Of a stretch of 64,000 nucleotides of DNA, positions 19,390-29,848 are shown piece by piece. This stretch comes from a bacterium (GTDB lineage: Bacteria; Bacillota; Clostridia; Oscillospirales; Acutalibacteraceae). Within the stretch, counting starts at the first letter, position 1, and the number at the start of each line of letters is the position of its first letter. Position numbers and translations under genes: made by a program. The notes under the pieces are model-generated. The model made no database searches. It was not told the DNA's origin and worked only from the letters and a program-made list of their open reading frames with translations. Location: the NCBI GenBank assembly GCA_963657065.1, contig CAVKLD010000003.1:1811-65810 (forward strand). The letters are read 5' to 3'.

Positions 19390-20853
19390 ATGAAACCCGA
19401 AAATGTTTATGACGTTCTCATTGTCGGTGCGGGCGTTGCCGGAATGTACGGTTCACTGCATTTTTCCGACGATACAAAGATAATGATGCTTGCGAAATAT
19501 TCCCCGACAACGTCAAGTTCCAACCTTGCCCAGGGTGGTGTTGCCGCCGTGTTGTCGCTCGAAAACGACAGTTACGACTTGCACATCAAAGATACTTTTA
19601 TCGCGGGTCGCCATGAAAATAATCCCGAAACGGTCGATATCCTTGTGCATGAAGGTCCCGACGACGTCAGAGAAATGATGACGCTCGGCGCGGAATTCGA
19701 CAGAAACGCCGACGGAGAGCTCGACAAAACGCTTGAAGGCGGGCACAGCCGCAGACGCATCGTGCATCATAAAGATACCACGGGCGCGGAGCTTGTGAGA
19801 GCACTTTATGAGCAGGTTCAAAAGAAAGACAATATTACATATTCCGACAATACCGACCTTTGCAGACTCGTCAGGGTGAGAAGCGGCTTCAGAGCCGACC
19901 TGCTCAAAGACGGCAAAGTGTTCAGTGTATTCTGCAGCTACTGTATGCTTTGCACGGGCGGCATCGGACGTGTCTACAAGTACACGACCAATCCGAAAAG
20001 TTCGACGGGCGACGGCATCCGCATCGCATACGACCTCGGAGCGCGTATCAAAGATCTGAGTTATGTTCAGTTTCATCCCACCGCGTTCAATTCCGACGAT
20101 GGCGAACAGTTCCTCATAAGCGAGTCAGTCAGAGGCGAGGGCGCGTATCTGCTCAACTGCCATCACGAGCGTTTTATGGACAGATACGATGAGCGGTTGG
20201 AGCTTGCTCCGCGCGACGTTGTTTCAAAGTCGATAATTCTTGAAAGCAGACGCACCGGCAGCAACGACTTTTTCCTTGATATTTCTTATGAAGACCCGGA
20301 TTTTGTCAGAAACCGTTTCCCCGGAATATATGAGGGGTGCATGCAGCACGGTGTTGACATGACGAAGGATCTTATTCCGATATTTCCCTGCCAGCATTAT
20401 CTTATGGGCGGCATAGAGGTAGATATTGATTCACGCACTACCGTGCCGCGTCTTTACGCGTGCGGCGAGTGCTCAAACACGGGTGTTCACGGCAAGAACA
20501 GACTTGCAAGCAATTCGCTGCTCGAAGCTCTTGTCTTTTCAAGACGCGCTGCCGAGAACATTAAGAGATGTATGGCTGTGGGTTATGCCGCCGTCGATGC
20601 TCTGCCCGTTGAGATAGACGCCGCGGGTGCACCCGTTCCCGACGATATGCAGACGGAGATAAGAAACATTATGCAGCGTGCGTATTTTGTTATTCCCGAC
20701 CCTGCGGCGATTCGTGTCGGGTTGAAACAGATAGACAATATATTGAAGCGTCTTAAAGGCGGCAAATACGCATGGACAACGGAGTATTTCGAAACGCTGT
20801 CGCTTGCGACGGTTGCTTATATCATACTTACCGAAGCCGAGGAGAGAAACTGA
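19390..20853 (+). CDS. nadB: L-aspartate oxidase
   Basis: YDVLIVGAGVAGMY, AQGGVAA, HPTA, and the GGIEVD...LYACGEC motifs of the NadB/FrdA family. Confidence 0.93.
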   Translation: MKPENVYDVLIVGAGVAGMYGSLHFSDDTKIMMLAKYSPTTSSSNLAQGGVAAVLSLENDSYDLHIKDTFIAGRHENNPETVDILVHEGPDDVREMMTLGAEFDRNADGELDKTLEGGHSRRRIVHHKDTTGAELVRALYEQVQKKDNITYSDNTDLCRLVRVRSGFRADLLKDGKVFSVFCSYCMLCTGGIGRVYKYTTNPKSSTGDGIRIAYDLGARIKDLSYVQFHPTAFNSDDGEQFLISESVRGEGAYLLNCHHERFMDRYDERLELAPRDVVSKSIILESRRTGSNDFFLDISYEDPDFVRNRFPGIYEGCMQHGVDMTKDLIPIFPCQHYLMGGIEVDIDSRTTVPRLYACGECSNTGVHGKNRLASNSLLEALVFSRRAAENIKRCMAVGYAAVDALPVEIDAAGAPVPDDMQTEIRNIMQRAYFVIPDPAAIRVGLKQIDNILKRLKGGKYAWTTEYFETLSLATVAYIILTEAEERN

Positions 20854-20854
20854 T

Positions 20855-21691
20855 ATGATACTTCCCGCGTTTTATGTTGACGACGTTATAAAAAATGCGA
20901 TAAAAGAAGATATAAATTACATCGACGAAGCCACCGCGTTCGTTATTCCCGAGGACAGTGTGACCTCTGCGCGTTTCGTTTCAAAGGCGGACGGTGTGCT
21001 GTGCGGGATTGAAATAGCGGTGCGTGTGTTCGAGCTGCTTGATTCCGACGTTGCGGCAGAGCTTTACAAAAATGACGGCGACGAAATAAAAAAAGGCGAC
21101 GTTATCGCCCGTTTCAAAGGCAAAACGCAGGCACTTCTCATGGGCGAACGCACCGCGTTGAATCTTGTTCAGCATTTGAGCGGAGTAGCCACGCAGACGC
21201 ATGCCGCCGTAAAACTTGTCGACGGGACAGGCGTGAGCATTGCCGACACGCGCAAGACGCTGCCCGGACTTCGCGCAATGCAAAAATACGCCGTCATATG
21301 CGGCGGCGGTAAAAATCACCGCTTTAATCTGTCCGATGCGGCTATGCTCAAGGATAATCACATCGACGCCGGCGGCGGTATTCTCAGAACCGTTGAAAAA
21401 CTTCGCGAACACATCGGTCATACGGTGAAGATTGAAGTCGAAACGCGCAATATGGACGAAGTTAAAGAAGCCATTGAAGCAAAAGCCGACATTATTATGC
21501 TTGACAATATGACTGCCGATGAAATGGCGGAATGCGTGAAGTATATCGGCGGACGTGCACTTACCGAGGCAAGCGGCAACATCACGCTTGAAAATATCCG
21601 CGAAAAAGCGCAGAGCGGCGTTGATATCATCAGCATGGGTTCGCTTACGCATTCGGTCGCCGCTTTCGATATATCAATGAAAATAGATTAA
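20855..21691 (+). CDS. nadC: nicotinate-nucleotide diphosphorylase (carboxylating)
   Basis: ERTALNLVQHLSGVAT, TRKTLPGLRAMQKYAV..GGG.NHRFNLSD..MLKDNH. ATG at 20855 lies 2 nt after the nadB stop. Confidence 0.93.
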   Translation: MILPAFYVDDVIKNAIKEDINYIDEATAFVIPEDSVTSARFVSKADGVLCGIEIAVRVFELLDSDVAAELYKNDGDEIKKGDVIARFKGKTQALLMGERTALNLVQHLSGVATQTHAAVKLVDGTGVSIADTRKTLPGLRAMQKYAVICGGGKNHRFNLSDAAMLKDNHIDAGGGILRTVEKLREHIGHTVKIEVETRNMDEVKEAIEAKADIIMLDNMTADEMAECVKYIGGRALTEASGNITLENIREKAQSGVDIISMGSLTHSVAAFDISMKID

Positions 21692-21753
21692 CTTAATCGA
21701 TTCCCGTCAGATAAAATTGCCCGGGGTTGATTCCTGGCGGTTTAACAAACAAA

Positions 21754-21788
21754 AAGGTTGTGTTTTTTGCGAAGCACAGCCTTTTTAT
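21754..21788 (+). terminator. terminator-like hairpin after nadC
   Basis: Stem aaggttgtg/cacagcctt (one G-U pair) followed by TTTATT. Confidence 0.6.
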
Positions 21789-21946
21789 TCAATCCTGTTC
21801 GTGTTTTCATTGACGCAAACCAAGAAAAAATGGGCGGAAAGGGGCGCCGGCGGGCGGCACGGGTTCAAATTCCCGCCGGCTTATAAAAAAACAACAGCAA
21901 CCCCCAAAGGAGCTGCTGCTGTTTCAAAATCAAAAACGGTCGGATA

Positions 21947-23071
21947 TCATGCGGTTGTTTTAAACATATCGGCGAACTGCTGGAAGAAGATTTTGATCGT
22001 TTCAAAGATGCTTCTTATCATCGAGAGAATGTCGCCGATAAGCGTGATGGTTTCATTCTTTACAACGCCGATAACGTAAACGGTGGTGTCGCCCTCGACG
22101 GAGCTTATGTTGTAGTATCCGTATTCGTCGGGTTTTGCGGGGGAGATGTCCTTGATGAGTGTTTCAGTGTCAAGATCCGTCCAGCCGTAGCCATTGTAAA
22201 TGTAGACTTCATAAGTTGACATGTCGTATTCGGGTTCGATTTCGACCTTGAACGAGAAAGACTGACCGTATTTGAGATAAACGGTTTCGCCTATTTCGCT
22301 GTGTTCGCCGTTTCTGCCGTATACAGTGTAACCCTTGTTTGAGGGGAGGTGTATTTTGAATGTCGAAAGAAAATCGTTGTCGGTGGTCCACTTGCCGTAG
22401 GTGATATCAGCGGACGAGCCTACTTTCATAATGTGTGAACCCTGTGTGTAGGGAACGCCGACGCCTTCCGCGTAAACATTCATGAGAGAGTCGTCAAACT
22501 TGTCCTTTGATTCATCGGGTTCGATTATGTGCGCCTTGATATACACGTACTGGTTTATCGGCATATAAACTTTTTCGCCATTGTCGGAAACGTCCGTGAA
22601 TGTAAGAGGTGACTGCTGATCTTCATATGCGTTGCCGTTTTCGGAAGTTGCATACGATACTTTGATCCTCACTGAACCGTCCGTTTTCGTAAGGCCCTGT
22701 TCTATGAGAGCGGGGAAACGGTACTGTGCGTAGCAGTCGCCCGAACCGCTGACGTTTGTCGCATTTTTGAGAACGCCGTCAACATAGAGAGCCGAGCCGG
22801 GCTGCGTAACGATGTTGCCGAGAACGTTGAGTGTTGCGCCATTGTCGACATAAAGTTTTGCGTCTGTGGGGATGTAGAGCGTCAGTCCTGAGGGGACTGT
22901 CATTGTTACGCCGCTTACGATGCGGTACGTATTCGAAGAAGTAAGCTGGTCGCCTTTTTCGAAGTCTGCGGATGCGTCAAACGTTATTTCTGCGCCTTCG
23001 GCGAAAGCCGCGAACGGCAGACAGCACACAGCCAAAATTACTGCAAGAAAAACGGAGAGAGTTTTTTTCAT
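21947..23071 (-). CDS. secreted protein of unknown function with a C-terminal Phe/Lys amphipathic tail
   Basis: Sec signal MKKTLSVFLAVILAVCCLPFAAFA|EG and a GGAGG RBS. The body looks beta-rich. It ends ...LSMIRSIFETIKIFFQQFADMFKTTA, resembling the tail of the giant protein. Confidence 0.75.
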   Translation of the reverse strand: MKKTLSVFLAVILAVCCLPFAAFAEGAEITFDASADFEKGDQLTSSNTYRIVSGVTMTVPSGLTLYIPTDAKLYVDNGATLNVLGNIVTQPGSALYVDGVLKNATNVSGSGDCYAQYRFPALIEQGLTKTDGSVRIKVSYATSENGNAYEDQQSPLTFTDVSDNGEKVYMPINQYVYIKAHIIEPDESKDKFDDSLMNVYAEGVGVPYTQGSHIMKVGSSADITYGKWTTDNDFLSTFKIHLPSNKGYTVYGRNGEHSEIGETVYLKYGQSFSFKVEIEPEYDMSTYEVYIYNGYGWTDLDTETLIKDISPAKPDEYGYYNISSVEGDTTVYVIGVVKNETITLIGDILSMIRSIFETIKIFFQQFADMFKTTA

Positions 23072-23336
23072 AATTTTTGCCTCCAGTTTCAGTTTCAAAA
23101 ACTTTTATACAACAGTATTATATAGTTGCGCCCGAAAAAAGTCAATACAAAATTGCGTATCCGCGTATGCCGGAAGCATAAAAAATCAACCGCAATTTTT
23201 GTGCACATTAATAAATTTTGCGGGACATCTTTCAATTTTTTACCATATGTGATAGCATGGAAGTCCGAATGCGGCTGTCGGCGCATACAAGCGCGGCGTG
23301 CTGTCAGGTTCGCAAACGAAAGGGTGTTAAGTCAGT

Positions 23337-24929
23337 ATGATAATTTCGGTGGTTCCCGTTTCTTCACTTATCAAAATATTCTCGGATGAATCGGTGTCTT
23401 CTCTGCACCGTGTAACCCGTCTGCCGCTTTTTTGCGGCGAAAAAAGCGCGGTTCAATTCGCAGTATGTTCCGACTGTGACTGCGACGCCGCCTTTACCGT
23501 CAAGTGCGCTCTCCCGGTCGAAACGGGTGTTGTGCGCGAAATTTACTCCGACCGCGCCGAAACGCCCGAAAACTCCGTCGTGCTGAAAAATGCCTCCGTC
23601 GGTTTTTATCCCGACCTGATAGTGCCCGTGCACGGTACGCTGCACCTCGAAAAGGGCAAGACGCTCGGAGTGTACTGTGAAGTCGCCGGCGAAATTTCAG
23701 GCGTATATCCGCTTGCTTTCAGCGTCGGCGGCGCGACTGCGGAAGTCGAAGTGTACGTATCAGCCGCAAAAATGCCCGACCGGACGCTGATATGTACAAA
23801 CTGGTTTCACTCCGACTGCCTTATGAGTTATTACGGCATTGAGGCTTTTTCCGAAGAGTATTGGCGGGTGACCGAAAACTTCGTGAAAAACGCGGCGGCG
23901 CACGGGATAAACATGCTGCTGACGCCGGTTTTCACTCCCGCTCTCGACACGGAAGTCGGCGGGGAGCGTCCGACTGTTCAGTTGGTGGATGTTACCAAAA
24001 AGCAATACAAGTATACTTTCGGCTATGAAAATTTTGACCGATGGGTAAAAATGTGCCTTGACTGCGGAGTAAAATACTTTGAAATTTCGCATCTTTTCAC
24101 GCAGTGGGGCGCGAAGAACGCGCCAAAGATTATGGCTCGCACGTCGCAGGGTTATCGCCGAATTTTCGGATGGGAAAACGATTCCCTGTCGCAGGGGTAC
24201 ATGAGTTTTCTTCGTCAGTTCGGCGCGAGTTTCAAAGAGCACACCGACGCGCTCGGTATAACCGAAAGATGTTATATTCACTGTTCCGACGAGCCGGGTA
24301 GTGACGATATCGCCCGTTACAGAAAATGCGCCGCCGCCGTCAAAGAGTATTTTCCGGCGTATACGCACATGGACGCGCTGTCAGACTACGAGTACTTTTC
24401 GGAAGGGCTTGTCGATTTGCCCGTGCCGGGTGAAGGTTCCATTGACGAATTTCGTGGACGGACAGACAGGCTTTGGACTTACTACTGCTGCGATCCGTTC
24501 GACAATAACTACCCGAACAGATTTCTGTTTCTGCCGCTCGTAAAAATGCGCGTCATCGGCGTACTGCTGTACAAATACGGCTGCGAGGGATTTTTGCACT
24601 GGGGGTTCAATTTCTGGTATACGCAGTATTCGCTCCGTCTTGCCGATCCGTTTGCGGAAACTACCGCGGGCGGCAATTTCCCTGCGGGCGACGGGTTTAT
24701 CGTATATCCCGGCGAAAACGGCGAGCCGCTGTGCTCCGTTCGTGAGAAGTCTTTCCGCGACGGCGTTCGCGATTATGAAGCTCTTAAGGCTCTCGAAAAG
24801 AAAACGAACAGGGAATATGCACTCGGTTACATAAAACGCACCCTCGGCGATATTACTTTTACGTCATATCCGCTCGATGAGGATGTTTTTGCGGAATTTG
24901 CGAACGGACTTGTAAAAGAGCTTGAATAA
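23337..24929 (+). CDS. DUF4091-like (glycoside-hydrolase-like) protein
   Basis: WFHSDCL..YYG, GINMLLTPVFTP, HCSDEP and GFLHWGFNFW resemble DUF4091-family proteins as I remember them. No signal peptide. Confidence 0.6.
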   Translation: MIISVVPVSSLIKIFSDESVSSLHRVTRLPLFCGEKSAVQFAVCSDCDCDAAFTVKCALPVETGVVREIYSDRAETPENSVVLKNASVGFYPDLIVPVHGTLHLEKGKTLGVYCEVAGEISGVYPLAFSVGGATAEVEVYVSAAKMPDRTLICTNWFHSDCLMSYYGIEAFSEEYWRVTENFVKNAAAHGINMLLTPVFTPALDTEVGGERPTVQLVDVTKKQYKYTFGYENFDRWVKMCLDCGVKYFEISHLFTQWGAKNAPKIMARTSQGYRRIFGWENDSLSQGYMSFLRQFGASFKEHTDALGITERCYIHCSDEPGSDDIARYRKCAAAVKEYFPAYTHMDALSDYEYFSEGLVDLPVPGEGSIDEFRGRTDRLWTYYCCDPFDNNYPNRFLFLPLVKMRVIGVLLYKYGCEGFLHWGFNFWYTQYSLRLADPFAETTAGGNFPAGDGFIVYPGENGEPLCSVREKSFRDGVRDYEALKALEKKTNREYALGYIKRTLGDITFTSYPLDEDVFAEFANGLVKELE

Positions 24930-25044
24930 AAGACGAACGTATGATAAAATATTTACGACAAATTTTCATGTAGCGAAAATATTCGATTTGATATCAAAAA
25001 AACACGGAGCAATCAATATTTTCGGCAGCGAAGGGGGGAGTCGT

Positions 25045-26685
25045 ATGAAAAAACGCATTGTCGCGGCTTTTGCCGCCGTGACGGTTATTTTGCTGTGTTT
25101 TTCCGCGTGCGGCTCCGAAACTGCGACTGTGCTGCGCTTTGCCGTCGAAACGCAGGCTGTGACGTTTGACCCGCAGATAGCCGAGAGCGGAACGGCGAAA
25201 ACGATTGTCAGAAATACGTTCGAGGGACTTGTCCGTCCCGACGAAAACGGAAACATATCGCCCGGCGTTGCCGCTAAATGGGATATCTCGTCCGACGGAC
25301 TCACGTACACGTTTTACCTGCGCGAGGACGCGGTGTGGCATATTACGAAAAACGCTGCCGATCAGCTTGCGGGGAAACTGCCCGAGGATTTCGCTCCGAA
25401 CACCGAAGACGGCGGCTACGTGACGCCGAGCGTAACGGCATACGATTTCGTGTTTGCGTTCAGGCGTGCGCTCGACCCGTCGACAGGCGCGCCCGATGCC
25501 GAACTGCTTGCATCCGTCGAAAACGCCCGCGAATCGCTTGCGGGAACGGTGCAGCCGAGCAGCATCGGAGTCAGTGCGCCTGACGAAAAAACGCTTGTGA
25601 TAAGGCTTGCGGAACGCAACGACGCGTTTTTGTCAATTCTTACCGAACCTGTATGCATGCCGTGCAGCGAAACGTTTTTTAACGCATGCAGCGGCAGATA
25701 CGGACTTCTTATAGCGTACAGTCTTTCAAACGGACCGTTTTACCTGTCGTATTTTGATGATACGACTTACAGATTGAGAAAAAACACCGACTATGTCGGT
25801 GAACATGCCGCCAAAGCCGACACGCTCTGGTTTTACTACGATTCCGATTCCGCTACGGTTTTGCAGAAACTGAAAAACAAAAATTACTCCGGCGCGTATG
25901 TGACGAGTGCACAGTTAAAGCAGCTTTCGCTCGGTAAGAACGACGAAGTAAAAAGCGTTGCGGACACAAACAGGGTTTTTCTCATAAACAACCGAAACGA
26001 AAAGCTCGCGGTGAAAGAGCTGCGCGACGCGTTTCTGTTTGCCACGGATACCGCCGCGATAGCCGCTGATGCGGGTGAGGATGCCGCCGTTTTTCCGGTT
26101 CCCGATATAGCGTGCGTCGAAAACACCGCCGCGCCCGCGTCCTCTTACGACGAAACAAAAGTGAGCGACGCTCTCGATGCTGCGCTTAAAGCCGCCGAAA
26201 CGGACAGCTTTTCACTCACCGTACTGTGCGAGAAGAAAGATGCGGAAACGCTTCGCCGTCAATTGCAGCGGTGGCAGAAAATTTTCGGCGTCCGTCTTGA
26301 GATAAAACTCGAGGAAACCGATGCTCAGACGCTTTTGTCGAGGGTGTCGGGTTCCGATTGGGAGATTGCATTCTATCCGCTGCGCGTTTCGTCCGATGAC
26401 GCCGGTGCGCTTTTCGGCGAATTTGTTACGGACTCGTCGTCTTCTCTCACGGGAACCGCGAACGAAGAAACGGATAAAAAGATTGCTCAGTACACCGCAT
26501 CGACCGGAGAAGACCGCGCAAGGCTTTTTTCCGAAATATGCGCTTCGCTTATTTCCGACGGCGCCGTTTTGCCGGTTTGGAAAGAAACGAGCTGCTTTGT
26601 CTGCGTTGAAGGCGTTCGCGGCGTTTACGTCGGCGCGGGTGCGGACAGAAGATATTTTGAAAATGCGTATATTAACGGGGACTGA
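25045..26685 (+). CDS. ABC-transporter substrate-binding lipoprotein, family 5 (peptide/nickel type), orphan
   Basis: MKKRIVAAFAAVTVILLCFSACGS lipobox, then FDPQIAESGTAKTIVRNTFEGLVR and WHI motifs typical of SBP family 5. No adjacent permease or ATPase genes. Confidence 0.75.
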   Translation: MKKRIVAAFAAVTVILLCFSACGSETATVLRFAVETQAVTFDPQIAESGTAKTIVRNTFEGLVRPDENGNISPGVAAKWDISSDGLTYTFYLREDAVWHITKNAADQLAGKLPEDFAPNTEDGGYVTPSVTAYDFVFAFRRALDPSTGAPDAELLASVENARESLAGTVQPSSIGVSAPDEKTLVIRLAERNDAFLSILTEPVCMPCSETFFNACSGRYGLLIAYSLSNGPFYLSYFDDTTYRLRKNTDYVGEHAAKADTLWFYYDSDSATVLQKLKNKNYSGAYVTSAQLKQLSLGKNDEVKSVADTNRVFLINNRNEKLAVKELRDAFLFATDTAAIAADAGEDAAVFPVPDIACVENTAAPASSYDETKVSDALDAALKAAETDSFSLTVLCEKKDAETLRRQLQRWQKIFGVRLEIKLEETDAQTLLSRVSGSDWEIAFYPLRVSSDDAGALFGEFVTDSSSSLTGTANEETDKKIAQYTASTGEDRARLFSEICASLISDGAVLPVWKETSCFVCVEGVRGVYVGAGADRRYFENAYINGD

Positions 26686-26745
26686 ATACGGTCGGCTTCG
26701 TGTCGGCTTCGTGTTTTTTTCGTTCCCTTACAGGAGGTTATATAA

Positions 26746-27984
26746 ATGTCAGAAATACGTCCTTTTTCGGCATTGCGTCCGAAAAAAGAGTACGCGTCCG
26801 CAGTGGCTGCGCTTCCGTATGATGTAATGAATTCGGAGGAAGCGCGCGAAAAGGTAAAAAATCTGCCTTATTCGTTTCTGCACGTCGATAAAGCCGAAAT
26901 AGATTTGCCCGTCGGCGTTGATCTTTATTCGGATGAAGTTTACGCAAAGGCTGCCGAAAATCTCAAAAAGCTCGAAACGGACGGCATTTGCGTGCGCGAC
27001 ACGAAAAAAAATCTTTACGTTTACCGCCAGACCATGGGCGAAACGGTTCAGACCGGTGTTGTCGGATGTGCGTCCGTCGACGATTATCTCGGCGGCGTTA
27101 TAAAGCGTCATGAACTCACCCGCGCCGACAAGGAAGAGGACAGAATCCGCCATGTCGATACGTGCGATGCGAACACAGGACCGATTTTTCTTGCGTACCG
27201 TGAAAACGCCGACATAAATGCGGTGCTGGACAAGTATACCGCTCTTGCGCCCGAGTACGATTTCGTGTCAGACGGGGATGTGAGAAACGAAGTGTGGATT
27301 GTCGAAGACGAAAATGATATATCCGCGCTTGTTGCCGCTTTTGAAAATGTGCCGTCGCTCTATATTGCTGACGGTCACCACCGCGCCGCAAGTGCGGTCA
27401 AGGTTGCCCTTAAACGCCGCGCAGCTCACCCGGATTATACGGGAGATGAGGAATTTAATTATTTTCTTGCCGTATATTTCAGGGCGGGCGACCTTAGAAT
27501 CCTCGATTATAACCGGCTTATAAAAGATCTCAACGGTCATTCCGTCGAGGAGCTTATTTCGCTTTTGAAAGAAAACTTCACTGTAACGGAACGCGACGGC
27601 GCGGTTCATCCCGCCGAACGCCATACGTTCGGTATGTATCTTGATGGGAAATGGTACGCTCTTCGCCTCAAGGACGGCATAGCCGACGAGAGCGATCCCG
27701 TGGGCAGTCTTGACGTATCGCTTCTTCAGAATCTCGTCATAAGCCGTATTTTCGGCATCGACGACCCGCGTACGGATAAGCGCATCGATTTTGTCGGCGG
27801 CATCAGAGGTTTGGCTGAACTTGAAAAACGCTGCGCTGCGGATATGCGCGTTGCTTTCTCGATGTTCCCCACCTCGCTCGACGAACTTATGAACATCGCG
27901 GATGCTTCTCAGATCATGCCGCCGAAGTCAACATGGTTTGAACCGAAGCTTTTGAGCGGGTTGTTTATCCATTTCCTTCGCTGA
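26746..27984 (+). CDS. DUF1015 domain protein
   Basis: MSEIRPFSALRP...LPYDVM...LYIADGHHRAASA is characteristic of DUF1015. Confidence 0.8.
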   Translation: MSEIRPFSALRPKKEYASAVAALPYDVMNSEEAREKVKNLPYSFLHVDKAEIDLPVGVDLYSDEVYAKAAENLKKLETDGICVRDTKKNLYVYRQTMGETVQTGVVGCASVDDYLGGVIKRHELTRADKEEDRIRHVDTCDANTGPIFLAYRENADINAVLDKYTALAPEYDFVSDGDVRNEVWIVEDENDISALVAAFENVPSLYIADGHHRAASAVKVALKRRAAHPDYTGDEEFNYFLAVYFRAGDLRILDYNRLIKDLNGHSVEELISLLKENFTVTERDGAVHPAERHTFGMYLDGKWYALRLKDGIADESDPVGSLDVSLLQNLVISRIFGIDDPRTDKRIDFVGGIRGLAELEKRCAADMRVAFSMFPTSLDELMNIADASQIMPPKSTWFEPKLLSGLFIHFLR

Positions 27985-28019
27985 TTTCGCGTTTCGCGCA
28001 AAAAAAGTTTAAAAAAGAC

Positions 28020-28048
28020 TTGCATTTGCATGCGATTTCTGTTATTAT
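28020..28048 (+). promoter_or_regulatory. candidate sigma-A promoter of rpmB
   Basis: TTGCAT, 17-nt spacer, TATTAT. Confidence 0.5.
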
Positions 28049-28107
28049 GTTTTTTGCTGATTTACAGAGGGGTTTATTACCCATTAACCAAAGGAGGTGT
28101 GCTCTCA

Positions 28108-28296
28108 ATGGCAAAGTGTGATTTTTGCGGAAAAGACGTAAAATTCGGTATCAAGGTATCTCACTCCCACAGAAGATCCAACAGAACATGGAAGCCCAAC
28201 ATAAAAAGGGTAAAAGCTGTTGTCAACGGTTCCCCCTGCAGAGTGTATGCATGCACGCGCTGCATTCGTTCGGGCAAGGTTACGAGAGCTGTCTGA
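28108..28296 (+). CDS. rpmB: 50S ribosomal protein L28
   Basis: MAKCDFCGKDVKFGIKVSHSHRRSNRTWKPNIKRVKAVVNG. AAAGGAGG RBS; the upstream part of the track ORF is non-coding. Confidence 0.93.
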   Translation: MAKCDFCGKDVKFGIKVSHSHRRSNRTWKPNIKRVKAVVNGSPCRVYACTRCIRSGKVTRAV

Positions 28297-28338
28297 TCGG
28301 TTTTATCAACGGTACTAATGGACGAAACATAAAAGAGA

Positions 28339-28368
28339 GCATCGGTATTTTCGCCGGTGCTTTTTTTT
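28339..28368 (+). terminator. intrinsic terminator of rpmB
   Basis: Stem gcatcgg/ccggtgc followed by TTTTTTTT. Confidence 0.8.
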
Positions 28369-28443
28369 GCGCTTTTGTTGAACCTTTAACTACGCTTTAG
28401 CTTGTCACCGTATGATATGGTCAAAACAAGGGAGGCGATAACA

Positions 28444-29169
28444 ATGAGCGCATTACAGTGCTTTGAACGCAGTGAAATAAAATATCTTCTTACGCGTGAA
28501 CAGTATCAGTTTTTTGTCAATCGCGCTTCAAACGAATTGACGCCCGATGCGTATCCCGAAGGGCGAATCAGAAGCTTGTATTTTGATACTCCCGAACACC
28601 TTTTGATTGCGCGTTCGTGCGAACAGCCGGAGTACAAGGAAAAAATAAGACTTCGCGCATATTCGGACGTTACCGAGCAGACTCCGGTGTTTGCCGAGCT
28701 TAAAAAGAAATATGATTCGGTGGTTTACAAGCGGCGCACAAGCGTTTCGGAAGAGGACGCAGTTATGTGGCTGGAGGGAAAAAAGCATTTTCGCGAAACG
28801 CAAATTGAACGTGAAATAGATTCGTTCGCGGAACACTACAAGACGCTTTGTCCCGCCGCGCTCGTGTTTTGCGATCGGCTTTCGTTCGTCACAAAATCGA
28901 ATCCCGACCTGCGCATTACGTTTGATATGAATGTAAAAGGACGCATGTTCGACCTGTCGCTTATGCGCCCGGTGTACGGCGAGGAACTTTGTCCGGGACG
29001 TATCATAATGGAAGTTAAAGCTCCGGGCGCGGTGCCCGTATGGCTTGCGAAAATTTTGTCCGAGGGCAAAATTTACAAAACGAGTTTTTCGAAATACGGT
29101 ACGCTGTATCTGAAGTCAATCAAATCAAGAAACAACGAAGGAGAGAATAACAATGTCTGCAATTTTTAA
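28444..29169 (+). CDS. VTC-domain (polyphosphate polymerase-like, CYTH/TTM fold) protein
   Basis: FERSEIKYLL...RSLYFDTPE...EKIRLRAY matches the N-terminus of bacterial VTC-domain proteins. ATG at 28444 follows AAGGGAGG. Confidence 0.7.
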   Translation: MSALQCFERSEIKYLLTREQYQFFVNRASNELTPDAYPEGRIRSLYFDTPEHLLIARSCEQPEYKEKIRLRAYSDVTEQTPVFAELKKKYDSVVYKRRTSVSEEDAVMWLEGKKHFRETQIEREIDSFAEHYKTLCPAALVFCDRLSFVTKSNPDLRITFDMNVKGRMFDLSLMRPVYGEELCPGRIIMEVKAPGAVPVWLAKILSEGKIYKTSFSKYGTLYLKSIKSRNNEGENNNVCNF

Positions 29170-29848
29170 CGGAATTTTTGATACAACGGGAACATCGGTG
29201 ATATCGGTGACGAATTTCCTTATTTGTCTTGTTTCATCGCTTATTCTCGGCATATTGATTGCAATTATTTGCACTCGAAAAACAACGGCGTCCAAGAGTT
29301 TTACCGTTACCGCCGCGCTTATTCCCGCGATAGTCTGCGTGGTGATTATGGCAGTCAACGGCAACGTCGGCGCGGGTGTCGCCGTGGCAGGCGCGTTCAG
29401 TCTTGTACGTTTCCGCTCCGCTCCCGGCACGGCTCGTGAAATAGCCGTTCTGTTTATGGCAATGGGAACGGGAATACTTACCGGCATGGGTTACATCGGA
29501 TACGCAGTGCTTTTTACGGCAGTTATGTGCGCGGTGTTTGCCGTGCTCAATGCGACGAGCTTCGGCGAAAACGGTAAATCGCTCGAACGGACGCTCAAAA
29601 TGACTGTTCCCGAAGACGTGGATTATACGCAGGCTTTTAACGGCGTGTTTGAAAAATACACGGTCTGCCATACGCGCCTCGGCGCAAAAACCGCAGGGCT
29701 CGGCAGTTTGTTTAGACTTACTTACAGACTGACACTAAAAAATGCTGAATGTGAAAAAGCGTTTATCGACGGACTTCGTTGCCTTAACGGCAACCTTGAA
29801 ATAATTATGCACGGTACTGAAAAGGAGAGTGACAGAGATGAACTTTAA
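29153..29848 (+). CDS. DUF4956 membrane protein
   Basis: Multi-TM protein that overlaps the VTC gene by 17 nt. VTC plus DUF4956 is a recurrent gene pair in Firmicutes. Confidence 0.65.
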   Translation: MSAIFNGIFDTTGTSVISVTNFLICLVSSLILGILIAIICTRKTTASKSFTVTAALIPAIVCVVIMAVNGNVGAGVAVAGAFSLVRFRSAPGTAREIAVLFMAMGTGILTGMGYIGYAVLFTAVMCAVFAVLNATSFGENGKSLERTLKMTVPEDVDYTQAFNGVFEKYTVCHTRLGAKTAGLGSLFRLTYRLTLKNAECEKAFIDGLRCLNGNLEIIMHGTEKESDRDEL

